From positions 17,730-81,729 of the IMG/VR virus record IMGVR_UViG_3300028392_000054: 64,000 nt of DNA; one strand, given 5' to 3'. Both the position numbers and the translations under genes were made by a program. The notes below the pieces were generated by a model. It made no database searches, was not told the origin of the DNA, and worked only from the letters and a program-made list of their open reading frames with translations. Of this stretch, positions 55,326 to 63,807 are shown one piece after another. Every line of letters begins with the position of its first letter. The stretch's first letter is position 1. The DNA is from a virus.

Positions 55326-55724
55326 CTAGTCCTGAACCTGAGCAGGGTTTGGATGCTGTTGACGTGAACCGCTACGAGTAACAGTTTCAATAACGTTTGA
55401 GCCGTGGTCTTCAAAGGCAGAGCCCGAGAATTCACTTAGGTAATCTGGTGCTTCCACCCATGCAGCTGAACCAACGTGAGCACGTTCGCTCATGGTTTCT
55501 TCAGCAGTCTTGGTGTGTACAGCGGCGTTGCGGTTTGGACGACCAGCAGCTGGAGTGTACCCCTGCTGAGCTCCGAGCATAAACTCGTCTGGTACGTCTG
55601 TGTCAGTTCCGATACCTTCTTCAAAACGAAGAGGTCCACGCTGACCAGGAACTGCTGGAGACATCTTACGGTCGTAAGTGACTGGAGCGCGTTCTGGGAA
55701 TTTTGGGTCTGGTGCAATTGACAT
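55326..55724 (-). CDS. hypothetical protein, probably virion-associated
   Basis: 132 aa, AGGAG RBS, between terminase and portal. Confidence 0.75.
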   Translation of the reverse strand: MSIAPDPKFPERAPVTYDRKMSPAVPGQRGPLRFEEGIGTDTDVPDEFMLGAQQGYTPAAGRPNRNAAVHTKTAEETMSERAHVGSAAWVEAPDYLSEFSGSAFEDHGSNVIETVTRSGSRQQHPNPAQVQD

Positions 55725-55800
55725 TAATATCTCCTAATAAAGGTTGAGGCCTCTATACAAGTTTTATACTAAAACCGACTTTTTGCAGGATAAACGTAAT

Positions 55801-57384
55801 TTATCTGAAAAATGGTGAAGAAGTTACTTCTACAGAAGGCATAGTTAAATCGAGTGTTAGGCTGATAGCAATAGCCAAACTGTCGGCATAGTCATCATGG
55901 GCATGGGCTTCTTCTGGAGCATGAGCAAGGAAGTTAGGGCCTTGGAACTTAACTTCAAGGTCAGTCATCTGTTGGTAAAAACGCTTCCAAGAACGTGACC
56001 TACGAGTTTCAGCGTGAGCTGGCCAACCAATAAGACGGCGTTCAATAAGGGTCTTAAGGTGCTTCCAACGTTTAGATTGCTCTGGCTGGCTACTACCAAC
56101 AGATATAACTTCTGCTCTAGGCAATAGCAAACGAAGGCGCTGGGCTACCGCATCTCCAACACCGTTGGCATCCACACCTACATACAGAATGTTGTAGTTC
56201 TCAAGAAAACTTACAATTTGAAAATACTGGTCCTCCCAGTCGTCATTTTGTATCTCAAGCCAATTAAGGATACGGTGGTCATAATACCCAAACTCATCAG
56301 GCCTATCCCAATCTACCCAGATAACAGTAACTACTGTGGAGTCCATCTTACGGGCTGGGTCAATACCTACGATAACTGGGGTACGGTGCCACGCTTTTAC
56401 AGTTTTTTGAGAAGTATCTCCCAGTTGGTCCATAACGGTAGATGATACAAACATACCGCGTTCTAGAAGCCACTTACAGTTATAAGCCATCTGGAACTCG
56501 TCAGAATCTTCGCCAATACGAAGCATCTCTTTACGAACGAACTTACCGTACTCATCACTAACTTTAGCTACGTCACGCCAGTCCCATTGGAAGTGATTTT
56601 GCTTTCCACCACGGCCAGTAGAACGGCGTTTGTTCAATTGGATAGCCCTATAGAAATTATTTTTGTGCGTGGTAGGGGTACCGGTTTTAACCATAGTACC
56701 GTTAGTAGACGCAAGCATAGGACCAATTGACTTAGCCACAATAAAGTCATCTGCTTCCTGACACTCATCAATAACAATAAGATGGAAAGTTTTAGACTCA
56801 ATCTTGGCCCTAGGGTTAGCTGTCATCATCATGACTGATGAGCCTGAGTTAAGGAGCTTAACTTGTTTAGTTACACCAGCAACCTTTTTAGCCTCATCAT
56901 CAATCTCAGGGTCTTCCAAAACAGCAAGGGCGTGTTCACTAGTAAGGCGTGAGATAACGCGGGAGAACAAGGTTTCAGCCTGACCTTCAACAGGGGCAAA
57001 CAAACCTACCCATAGGCCATCTTTAAACCTGCCCAACAAATCAGGGTACATTTTGGCAAGGCGTGGAAGAATAACCATTAACGCGGCTACAGTATCGGCA
57101 ACAGTCTCAGACTTACCTGACTGACGAGAAGCAAGGGCAGTGATTTCCTCACCCTCATTAATTACTACTGATTCGATAATACGGCGAGCTAATGGTTGCT
57201 GATAAGGGCGAAGTGGATGACCTACAAGAGCAGTCATAAAGATCATAATCTTATCGATTAACTGGTCTACAAACTCACGCGATAGCTCATCTAAGCCATC
57301 ATCATATTCTTCAAACTCAGAATCGCCCGAATCTTCATGTTCTTCAAGTTCTTCATCTTCGTAAAATTCGTCGTCGTTATTCAT
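55801..57384 (-). CDS. terL: terminase large subunit
   Basis: LRPYQ, Walker A SRQSGKS, Walker B IVIDE, GTP, nuclease VGIDPAR and HDDYADS. Confidence 0.93.
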   Translation of the reverse strand: MNNDDEFYEDEELEEHEDSGDSEFEEYDDGLDELSREFVDQLIDKIMIFMTALVGHPLRPYQQPLARRIIESVVINEGEEITALASRQSGKSETVADTVAALMVILPRLAKMYPDLLGRFKDGLWVGLFAPVEGQAETLFSRVISRLTSEHALAVLEDPEIDDEAKKVAGVTKQVKLLNSGSSVMMMTANPRAKIESKTFHLIVIDECQEADDFIVAKSIGPMLASTNGTMVKTGTPTTHKNNFYRAIQLNKRRSTGRGGKQNHFQWDWRDVAKVSDEYGKFVRKEMLRIGEDSDEFQMAYNCKWLLERGMFVSSTVMDQLGDTSQKTVKAWHRTPVIVGIDPARKMDSTVVTVIWVDWDRPDEFGYYDHRILNWLEIQNDDWEDQYFQIVSFLENYNILYVGVDANGVGDAVAQRLRLLLPRAEVISVGSSQPEQSKRWKHLKTLIERRLIGWPAHAETRRSRSWKRFYQQMTDLEVKFQGPNFLAHAPEEAHAHDDYADSLAIAISLTLDLTMPSVEVTSSPFFR

Positions 57385-57397
57385 ATATCGCCTTAAA

Positions 57398-57434
57398 GTA
57401 AAGTAACCCTGAGCCGTTATGACTCAGGGTTACT
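57398..57434 (-). terminator. strong hairpin with T-tract just upstream of terL
   Basis: AGTAACCCTGAG...CTCAGGGTTACT then TTACTTT. Confidence 0.75.
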
Positions 57435-57497
57435 AAGTGCCATACGGGAGAGAAGGAAGGTTGGCTTAACAATACTATCACAAATAAGCATTAAACT

Positions 57498-57743
57498 TTA
57501 TAAAGTAGTATTTGTTCTTTTATTCAATTCCTCTACGACCGCATGGAACGCTTCTGCGCTAATCACCAGCTCTTTTAAAGCTTCTGGTGTGCGAACTCTT
57601 TGATAAATGCTAATTAAACGGCCTAATTCATATAAAGTTTGATCTGCCCAAGTTATAAGGTCTGCGCTAGGAATCCTAGATACGCGTTTAGAAATCTTTT
57701 CTGGAAATGGTTTATTCCAACGTTTTTTCTTAAAACTTACCAT
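57498..57743 (-). CDS. hypothetical helical protein
   Basis: 81-aa ORF; position compatible with a small terminase but no motif support. Confidence 0.6.
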   Translation of the reverse strand: MVSFKKKRWNKPFPEKISKRVSRIPSADLITWADQTLYELGRLISIYQRVRTPEALKELVISAEAFHAVVEELNKRTNTTL

Positions 57744-57991
57744 TTCTTGATTTCCTCGCTAGGAGTATCAAGTTTACGTAGCACCTTGCCTAGTGCTTCG
57801 TCTTCATCAACAGAACTACCCCAAATACCAAAAGCATAACCTCGCGGAGCAAACGGTACCCAAACCACTAGGCAAGTTTTACTTGCTCTAAATGGGTATT
57901 CAGTTTCTTGACTCCAGCCCCATTCAAACAGGGGAAAAACTGGGTGCTTTAATTTAATAGTATCAACATATAGTGAACCGAATGATTGCAA
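57737..57991 (-). CDS. hypothetical protein
   Basis: 84-aa ORF, TTG start. Confidence 0.55.
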   Translation of the reverse strand: MQSFGSLYVDTIKLKHPVFPLFEWGWSQETEYPFRASKTCLVVWVPFAPRGYAFGIWGSSVDEDEALGKVLRKLDTPSEEIKKW

Positions 57992-57992
57992 T

Positions 57993-58484
57993 TTATTTAT
58001 CCTTTTTATCGTACGTATAATCTAAGAAATTTTTCATCTCTGTCATCTGGACTCTGCGGTGTTTAGGCATAGCATTGATATCAACTGGGCCCATATCTGC
58101 CCACTGGTCAAGGCCTGATTGCCTAAGAAATCTACCTTTAGATTCAGACGATAAAAAATCATACCATATGAACTCAGATACTCCGCGATACTCCCACCAA
58201 GTTCCATCTCTAAATACGACTATTAACTTTTCTTCATTAAAGTCATATCCGGCTTTTACAGTTCTTGGTTTTTCTGGGTTAGTAGATGAGGTGGCAGTAA
58301 GAGACGGAAAACTAGTTTGAGTATCTACTTCAAACTTGTCATCATTTGGGCCATCAACATCAGGGTTTTCTTCATCCGTAAGCACATCTAACCAATATTT
58401 AGTGTTTTTAGTTTGGTCATTGCCAGCTGTTTGCGCTTCGGCTCTTCTTCTATTACTCCAAGGATTATTACTTTTATTAGCCAT
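57993..58484 (-). CDS. KTSC domain protein
   Basis: AGYD...KLIVVFRDGTWWEYRGVS...DFLSSESKGRFL. Confidence 0.8.
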   Translation of the reverse strand: MANKSNNPWSNRRRAEAQTAGNDQTKNTKYWLDVLTDEENPDVDGPNDDKFEVDTQTSFPSLTATSSTNPEKPRTVKAGYDFNEEKLIVVFRDGTWWEYRGVSEFIWYDFLSSESKGRFLRQSGLDQWADMGPVDINAMPKHRRVQMTEMKNFLDYTYDKKDK

Positions 58485-58651
58485 TATTCTTCGACCTCTT
58501 CTTCAGAATCATCTACAAGCTCATCGTCTTCATATACCCTTTCAGGTTCATCAAGTACCCCATAGTCAAACGGAGTTTCATCAGGGTTTACATAATAGAC
58601 ATGTTTAGGGACTGGATGCCCTTGATAAGCTTGATGTTTAATGATTCGCAT
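58484..58651 (-). CDS. small acidic-tailed protein
   Basis: hand-translated 55 aa MRIIKHQAYQGHPVPK...DDSEEEVEE; TATCAT-N6-ATG leaderless start. Confidence 0.6.
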   Translation of the reverse strand: MRIIKHQAYQGHPVPKHVYYVNPDETPFDYGVLDEPERVYEDDELVDDSEEEVEE

Positions 58652-58669
58652 TAAACTATGATACCAGAG

Positions 58670-58939
58670 TTAAGACAGGTTCTCTGCGATGTGTTGGTCA
58701 AACTTACCCTCTAAAGTAGCAACATCTACTTTGAGGCTAGTCAAGTCAGTTTTTATGCAAATAATGTCATCCCTAAGAGATGAACCGTGATTTGGCTTAA
58801 GTTCTGACAAATAGTCTTTTACAAGAGTGCTCACTATCTCAGACGTATAACCCTTAACTAAACGGGCAACAACGAAGCCACCTAAGCTAAGAATAGTACA
58901 GAGGGTAGCAATAAGGGCAATTAATTGGTCGGTAGACAT
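58670..58939 (-). CDS. single-TM coiled-coil protein
   Basis: N-terminal TM, ELKPNHGSSLRD, heptad tail. Confidence 0.7.
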   Translation of the reverse strand: MSTDQLIALIATLCTILSLGGFVVARLVKGYTSEIVSTLVKDYLSELKPNHGSSLRDDIICIKTDLTSLKVDVATLEGKFDQHIAENLS

Positions 58940-58948
58940 AAGTTCCTA

Positions 58949-59116
58949 TTATCTGGTTCCCCACCAGCTACGGCCGGGATTAGCGTATGAAAAAGTTTGT
59001 GGCTTTTCCGATTGATTCAGATATATTTTACGAATACCAAAGCGCGTATCATTTATTTGCACAGGCTTAAACTGTGCTTCTTTTTTAAACTCTGTTTTAC
59101 GTTTTACGTTCGCCAT
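58949..59116 (-). CDS. small basic protein
   Basis: hand-translated 55 aa MANVKRKTEFKK...ANPGRSWWGTR. Confidence 0.5.
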   Translation of the reverse strand: MANVKRKTEFKKEAQFKPVQINDTRFGIRKIYLNQSEKPQTFSYANPGRSWWGTR

Positions 59117-59310
59117 CTTCCCCACTCTTTCATGTGAGTAGGAATACCGGCAATCGCAGAGTCTCCAGCACGCATAAGCGCGTCTGTAAACTCTCTAGAG
59201 CGCCCTACAGGGCGTGCATCACGTTCGTATACGTCAGTAGAGGTTATAGCGCCTGTACGAGCCGCTAAAGGCCCTTTACGACGTATATCTACTTTAAGCC
59301 TTTTTTCCAC
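59104..59310 (-). CDS. hypothetical protein
   Basis: 68-aa ORF, GTG start. Confidence 0.5.
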   Translation of the reverse strand: MEKRLKVDIRRKGPLAARTGAITSTDVYERDARPVGRSREFTDALMRAGDSAIAGIPTHMKEWGRWRT

Positions 59311-60193
59311 GAGGTTTAGTTGCAGCAGTCTTAGCTTGTCCGGCAGTAGTGCCTGGCTTAAAAGGAGTTGCGTATGACCTAGCAGCAGTATTTTGACGTT
59401 TTTGCGCTGGAGTTAGCTTATCGCCTTTAGTAACGTAACTATTAGCAACATCTCTACGTTCTTTTTTGTCAATTACGGCCCAGTCTTTTGCGGTCAAGGT
59501 AGTGCCCAAGTAATCTTGGCTTCCTTTAGCGTCTTCATCACGATAACGAGTTTCAAAAGGACTTTTTTCTCTAGGCTTACGTTTACCAGCAGGAGCTCTT
59601 TTACCGCCAGGTTGACCTTGCTGTGTGCTTCCGCCTTGGTTACCTGCGCCATTTCCAGGGTTAGTTTCTCTAACCGGAGAGTCGTTAAATCTAATCTGTT
59701 GGCGTCCACTTTTGTGGTCCACATCTATGCTAGATACTTGGCCGTTGTTTTTTGCGTTTTCAAGTATCGTGTTATTACGAGTAACATCATTGTTTCTTTG
59801 GGACTCTTTGCGAAGGTGCTTTAGGTCTTTAGAAGTATTTTGACGTGTAAATTCAGCGTCTTTGGATGCGTTATCTAGGGTAATATCATGAGAGCTTTTT
59901 GTAACATGTCTTGTAACATCATTATCCGCAGTCTCATTGAGTCTTCGATTTTCGTTCTCTTTATACTCATTGTGGTTCTTATAGTCTTCAGCAGTCCAGC
60001 CATTACCGGTTGTGCCTTGCCCACCTACTGTAGAGCTAGAGCTAGAAGATGAACTACCTGAGTTTGATCCAGAGTTATTCCGGTTATTACCAGACAAAGT
60101 ACTAAATTTAAGCAAATCTTTTAAGTAACTGGTGCCTTTACTTTGTGAGCCTGCCATAGCTTCGGCAGCAGATTTTTCAATATTATCAGCCAT
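59294..60193 (-). CDS. hydrophilic, probably disordered protein
   Basis: 299 aa, Ser/Asn/Gly/Lys-rich. Confidence 0.7.
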   Translation of the reverse strand: MADNIEKSAAEAMAGSQSKGTSYLKDLLKFSTLSGNNRNNSGSNSGSSSSSSSSTVGGQGTTGNGWTAEDYKNHNEYKENENRRLNETADNDVTRHVTKSSHDITLDNASKDAEFTRQNTSKDLKHLRKESQRNNDVTRNNTILENAKNNGQVSSIDVDHKSGRQQIRFNDSPVRETNPGNGAGNQGGSTQQGQPGGKRAPAGKRKPREKSPFETRYRDEDAKGSQDYLGTTLTAKDWAVIDKKERRDVANSYVTKGDKLTPAQKRQNTAARSYATPFKPGTTAGQAKTAATKPRGKKA

Positions 60194-60235
60194 AATTAAA
60201 TCCTATTCCTTTTTTTTAAGTTTAGCAGTTTAAAT

Positions 60236-60267
60236 AAAAAAACCCCAGCCAAACGACTGGGGCTTTT
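60236..60267. terminator. intrinsic terminator
   Basis: minus strand GCCCCAGTC-GTTT-GGCTGGGGT followed by a long T-run. Confidence 0.85.
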
Positions 60268-60278
60268 CTATTTAACTA

Positions 60279-62663
60279 TTAAGCCCAGAGGCCAGTAGTA
60301 ATTGCAGTAGTTGTACGCGCAGTACCAGCAGCATACTGCTGAGCGTGGACTGTACCAACACGTGGGGTTAGGGTTAGGGTACCTGATGAAAGTACTACGC
60401 TAGAGCCTGAGTTAACTACAACGTTCTTAGCGTCAATCTTGGCTACGACCTGGTAATCAAGTGCGTTTACAAGACCTGCAAGTGATGAGCTAGATACTGT
60501 CAAAACGTCACCTACAACGATGTTGGTGAAGTCCGTGCTGGTGCTGTTTGTAAGAACAGCCAAGGTGCTACCAGCAGTACGGGCTACAGAGCTTACACCA
60601 ACTGCGTTAGAGCTTGATGATGTGGTTGAACCAGCGCTTTGTACAAAACCACGGTCCTTTAGGGCGTCGTTTGCCAAAGCGTCATACTTACCAATTACGC
60701 TAGGAACTAGGTAACCAAAAGTACCTGTAGCGAAAGCACCATCCACGTTAGCCAAAGCGTTTGTGTATTCTGCTTTACCAACCTGACCAGTAAATCCGTA
60801 GCTAACAGTTGAAGCAGTCTGACCAGTTACTGTAAAGCTAGTAGCAGTTGCAGAAGCCACAGTTACGTTGCTGATGTTAGGGTTCAATGTAGCGTTGCTA
60901 ACCAAACCAGTAATTGTAACCTTGTCACCCTTTTGCAAGTTGTTCTGTGCAGTGTAGATGTAAGTGGTGTTAGTAGTACCATCAACAGTAACGGCAGTTA
61001 CGTTGTAGTTTGCAATACCCCAGCCAACAACCTGTACTAGAGCGGTTCCTGTTACGGTTGTACCTAGAAGCGCGTTAGTACCTGCAACTACAAAGTAGTC
61101 AGAAGTAGCTGAAACAACGGTTGCACCAGTTAGGGCTGTAGTTAGAGCAGTGTTGTTGAAACCAGTTACGTTTACTGTGCTTGTACCTAGAGTTAGGGTC
61201 TCAGCAAAGTTGTTTGGGCAAGTTACTACGATATATGAGTTACCTGTGCTTCCACCAACAGTAGCGGCTGAAGCCGAGTACTTACCAGTGTTGAAGTTAG
61301 GGAAACCGTAGAAACCTGAATCTACAAGAAGAGCACCGTCAATTGGAGTCTCTAGAGAGTTTCCGTTTACAGTGTTGCTAATTACGAATCTGTCTTTGCT
61401 TGCGCTGTCAGTAAGCTTAGAAACAGCTAGACGTGAGCTCTGTGCCTTAGTAGTAGCTGACCAGCTTGAGTCATAAACAACTTCAAGAGAAGCGGTCTTA
61501 CCTGTAGGAGCAACTGCGTTGATGTTTGAAAGCGCTTGAGCAATTGTAAATGTATAAGGGCTAGTTGTTGTAGCGGATAATACAAGAGCTTCTTTAACAT
61601 CGAAGTGGTTAACAGCAAGAGTACAAGCTGTAGTTGTTGCAGCAGGTGAAGCAACAGCAGCAGTAGCGTTAGCAACTACTAGTGTGCTACCAGTTGTACC
61701 AGTCAAAGCTGTGAAAGTACCGTTGTAAACAGCGGCTGTAGTCAAACCACCTGAGATAGTTACTAGTTCACCAACGCTGATATTGTGGGCAGCAGAAGTG
61801 GCTAGAGTTACAGTTCCCTGAGTAGTGTCAGCGGTTGGAGTAGCAGCAGCAAGAGTTACTGAAGTAGAAGTACCTGTAGTAGCTGATACTGTTGTACCCG
61901 CTGTTGGAACAGCAACTGTACCACCAATAGCATAGATACCGGTGTTTACGTACTGACCTGCCGAAATACCGTGGGCTACGTCAGTTGTAAAAGTAGTAAT
62001 CTTACCAGTGCTAGATGCATCTGTAATTTTTGCAGTTGTAACACCAGAAGCAACAAAGTTACCAGCAGGAGTGGTTGCACGGTCATCGTTTGGCTGAATT
62101 GCATAGTTACCCCATACAAAGTCAGTACCGATGTTAGCGTTAGCCAAGTTCCAGAACACTAGAACAGCCTTGTCTGCAACTGCCGCAGAAGTAGCAGCGT
62201 TAAGAACCAAGGTAGTGGAGGTAGCGTTGTTATTTACAGTGTTAGCTGTTGTAGCAGTAGCTGCGTTGATACCGACACCAGAAACAAGCTGACCAACAGC
62301 AATTAGGGTGTTAGCAACAATAGTAACTGAGTTAGTTGCGCTTGAGATAGCACCGTTTACAGTAGTAGTAGCAGTAGGTGCGTAAACAGATAGGAAGACA
62401 AGAGTCACCTTGTCTACAAGAGTTGCAGGGTTGCTAAGGGTTAGGGTTAGTCCATCAGCGCTAATTGCTGTGACTTTAGTAGCTCCTGTGATACCGTTAG
62501 CGTTTTGGATACCAGAACCAGTTACGGTCTGACCAACGAATATGTAAGGGTTAGCTGTGGCAATGATGACGCTAGTGCTGTTTGTAGTGGCACCGTTCAC
62601 AATTGCATTGGTGTTTTGGACTAGCGTACCGCTGTCCTGAAGGTCACCTAGGTTGTTTGCCAT
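60279..62663 (-). CDS. Thr/Ala/Val-rich virion protein with repeat modules and a C-terminal PASTA-like domain
   Basis: 794 aa, strong codon bias; VPSVIG...ANDALKDRGF ... GTVHAQQYAAGT. Confidence 0.7.
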   Translation of the reverse strand: MANNLGDLQDSGTLVQNTNAIVNGATTNSTSVIIATANPYIFVGQTVTGSGIQNANGITGATKVTAISADGLTLTLSNPATLVDKVTLVFLSVYAPTATTTVNGAISSATNSVTIVANTLIAVGQLVSGVGINAATATTANTVNNNATSTTLVLNAATSAAVADKAVLVFWNLANANIGTDFVWGNYAIQPNDDRATTPAGNFVASGVTTAKITDASSTGKITTFTTDVAHGISAGQYVNTGIYAIGGTVAVPTAGTTVSATTGTSTSVTLAAATPTADTTQGTVTLATSAAHNISVGELVTISGGLTTAAVYNGTFTALTGTTGSTLVVANATAAVASPAATTTACTLAVNHFDVKEALVLSATTTSPYTFTIAQALSNINAVAPTGKTASLEVVYDSSWSATTKAQSSRLAVSKLTDSASKDRFVISNTVNGNSLETPIDGALLVDSGFYGFPNFNTGKYSASAATVGGSTGNSYIVVTCPNNFAETLTLGTSTVNVTGFNNTALTTALTGATVVSATSDYFVVAGTNALLGTTVTGTALVQVVGWGIANYNVTAVTVDGTTNTTYIYTAQNNLQKGDKVTITGLVSNATLNPNISNVTVASATATSFTVTGQTASTVSYGFTGQVGKAEYTNALANVDGAFATGTFGYLVPSVIGKYDALANDALKDRGFVQSAGSTTSSSSNAVGVSSVARTAGSTLAVLTNSTSTDFTNIVVGDVLTVSSSSLAGLVNALDYQVVAKIDAKNVVVNSGSSVVLSSGTLTLTPRVGTVHAQQYAAGTARTTTAITTGLWA

Positions 62664-62769
62664 TGATTTGTACTTTCTCTAGAGATAGATTTAAAGACGC
62701 TTGATCGGAACGCCATAGTAATAAGTATGGCGTGAGTTGTTTCAGATTTCTTATCTAAACCGAATTATT

Positions 62770-62988
62770 TTACAAGAAGTCGCAAGGACCCGAGCTGCCG
62801 CCCATTTTACCGCAGTGAGATGTTTGCTGTTTGCTATCTGTACCTGGCGGAATAAAGTCTCCACCAATATGCCTACCATCGCCTAGGTAAGTGCAGCCAC
62901 AGCTTGACGACATTATCTTTAGACCGGCCTCCCTAGAAGGCGTAGAAGTCTTAGGGGTTTTAGAGGTTTTAGGTTTTTTACTTGCCAT
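62770..62988 (-). CDS. small Cys-containing hypothetical protein
   Basis: 72-aa ORF, TAATG coupling. Confidence 0.55.
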   Translation of the reverse strand: MASKKPKTSKTPKTSTPSREAGLKIMSSSCGCTYLGDGRHIGGDFIPPGTDSKQQTSHCGKMGGSSGPCDFL

Positions 62989-63329
62989 TACTTTTCATTC
63001 TCTTTCTTACCTGCACGACGCTTGTTCTCTTTAGCAGTGTTCTTACCGTGCTTCATAGGGCGAAGGTTAGACATGCTGTCATTAGAATGGTTGTTGTCCT
63101 TGTGATCAACGTCGGTACCTTTAGGCAACTTCTTGCCTGTTTTCTTCTCGTACTTGTACTTAGCAGCGTCAATAGATGTACGAGAACCATCTTTGTTCAC
63201 GACAGACATCATAGGACGTCCACCGTTCTTAGCAGAGCCTTTAAACGGGCCATAAACTTTTTTACCGTCTTTAGTAGTACCAGCCTTTGTCTTAGCCTTA
63301 CTTGCGGTTGCTTTTTTCTTTTCAGCCAT
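62988..63329 (-). CDS. HNH endonuclease
   Basis: DVDHKDNNHSNDSMSNLRPMKHGKN. Confidence 0.8.
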   Translation of the reverse strand: MAEKKKATASKAKTKAGTTKDGKKVYGPFKGSAKNGGRPMMSVVNKDGSRTSIDAAKYKYEKKTGKKLPKGTDVDHKDNNHSNDSMSNLRPMKHGKNTAKENKRRAGKKENEK

Positions 63330-63655
63330 TATCTACCCTTATCATACCTAGCAGGTTCGCCGGCTCTAATACGAGCAATGGCCCCACCACTAGCTTCTAC
63401 TGTTTTACCAGTTGTTTTATACATTCGGTCAAGGTCTTTAACACTTTTACCAGAATTGCGAAAGTTCTCAAGTTCTCTCTTATTGGTTGACATCGCAGTG
63501 TCAACAACTTTCTTTCTACCGCTTGTAGTAGATGGACTTAAAGATTCAGAAGCTAAATGCCCTTGAGTTACACGGTATTCTCCACCTTGAGCAGTACGAG
63601 CAGATTTTTTCTGCTCAGGCGTTAAGCCTTTAAATTGTCTTCCTTTAAAGGGCAT
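63329..63655 (-). CDS. hypothetical basic protein
   Basis: 108-aa ORF, TAATG coupling. Confidence 0.65.
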   Translation of the reverse strand: MPFKGRQFKGLTPEQKKSARTAQGGEYRVTQGHLASESLSPSTTSGRKKVVDTAMSTNKRELENFRNSGKSVKDLDRMYKTTGKTVEASGGAIARIRAGEPARYDKGR

Positions 63656-63807
63656 TATTTCTTATCCTTTTCTTCAGCTTCTACAATGCAGTCGTCGCAA
63701 GTCGTAGGGTGTCCATAAAAACCGTTGTGGAAGCCGCCACCGCAAGTATCACACTTGCTTGGTAACGAATTACGCTTAGGGTCTAGCTGTTTATCTTTAG
63801 GCTCCAT
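63655..63807 (-). CDS. small CxxC...CxxC protein
   Basis: hand-translated 50 aa ...KCDTCGGGFHNGFYGHPTTCDDC... Confidence 0.6.
   Translation of the reverse strand: MEPKDKQLDPKRNSLPSKCDTCGGGFHNGFYGHPTTCDDCIVEAEEKDKK

Noticed and set aside
6676-57384. Inteins or introns in recA, polA, dnaB or terL
   Set aside because: Protein lengths are ordinary and no splicing motifs were seen.
26172-62663. Diversity-generating retroelement behind the repeated modules
   Set aside because: No reverse transcriptase and no long repeat pair differing only at adenines.
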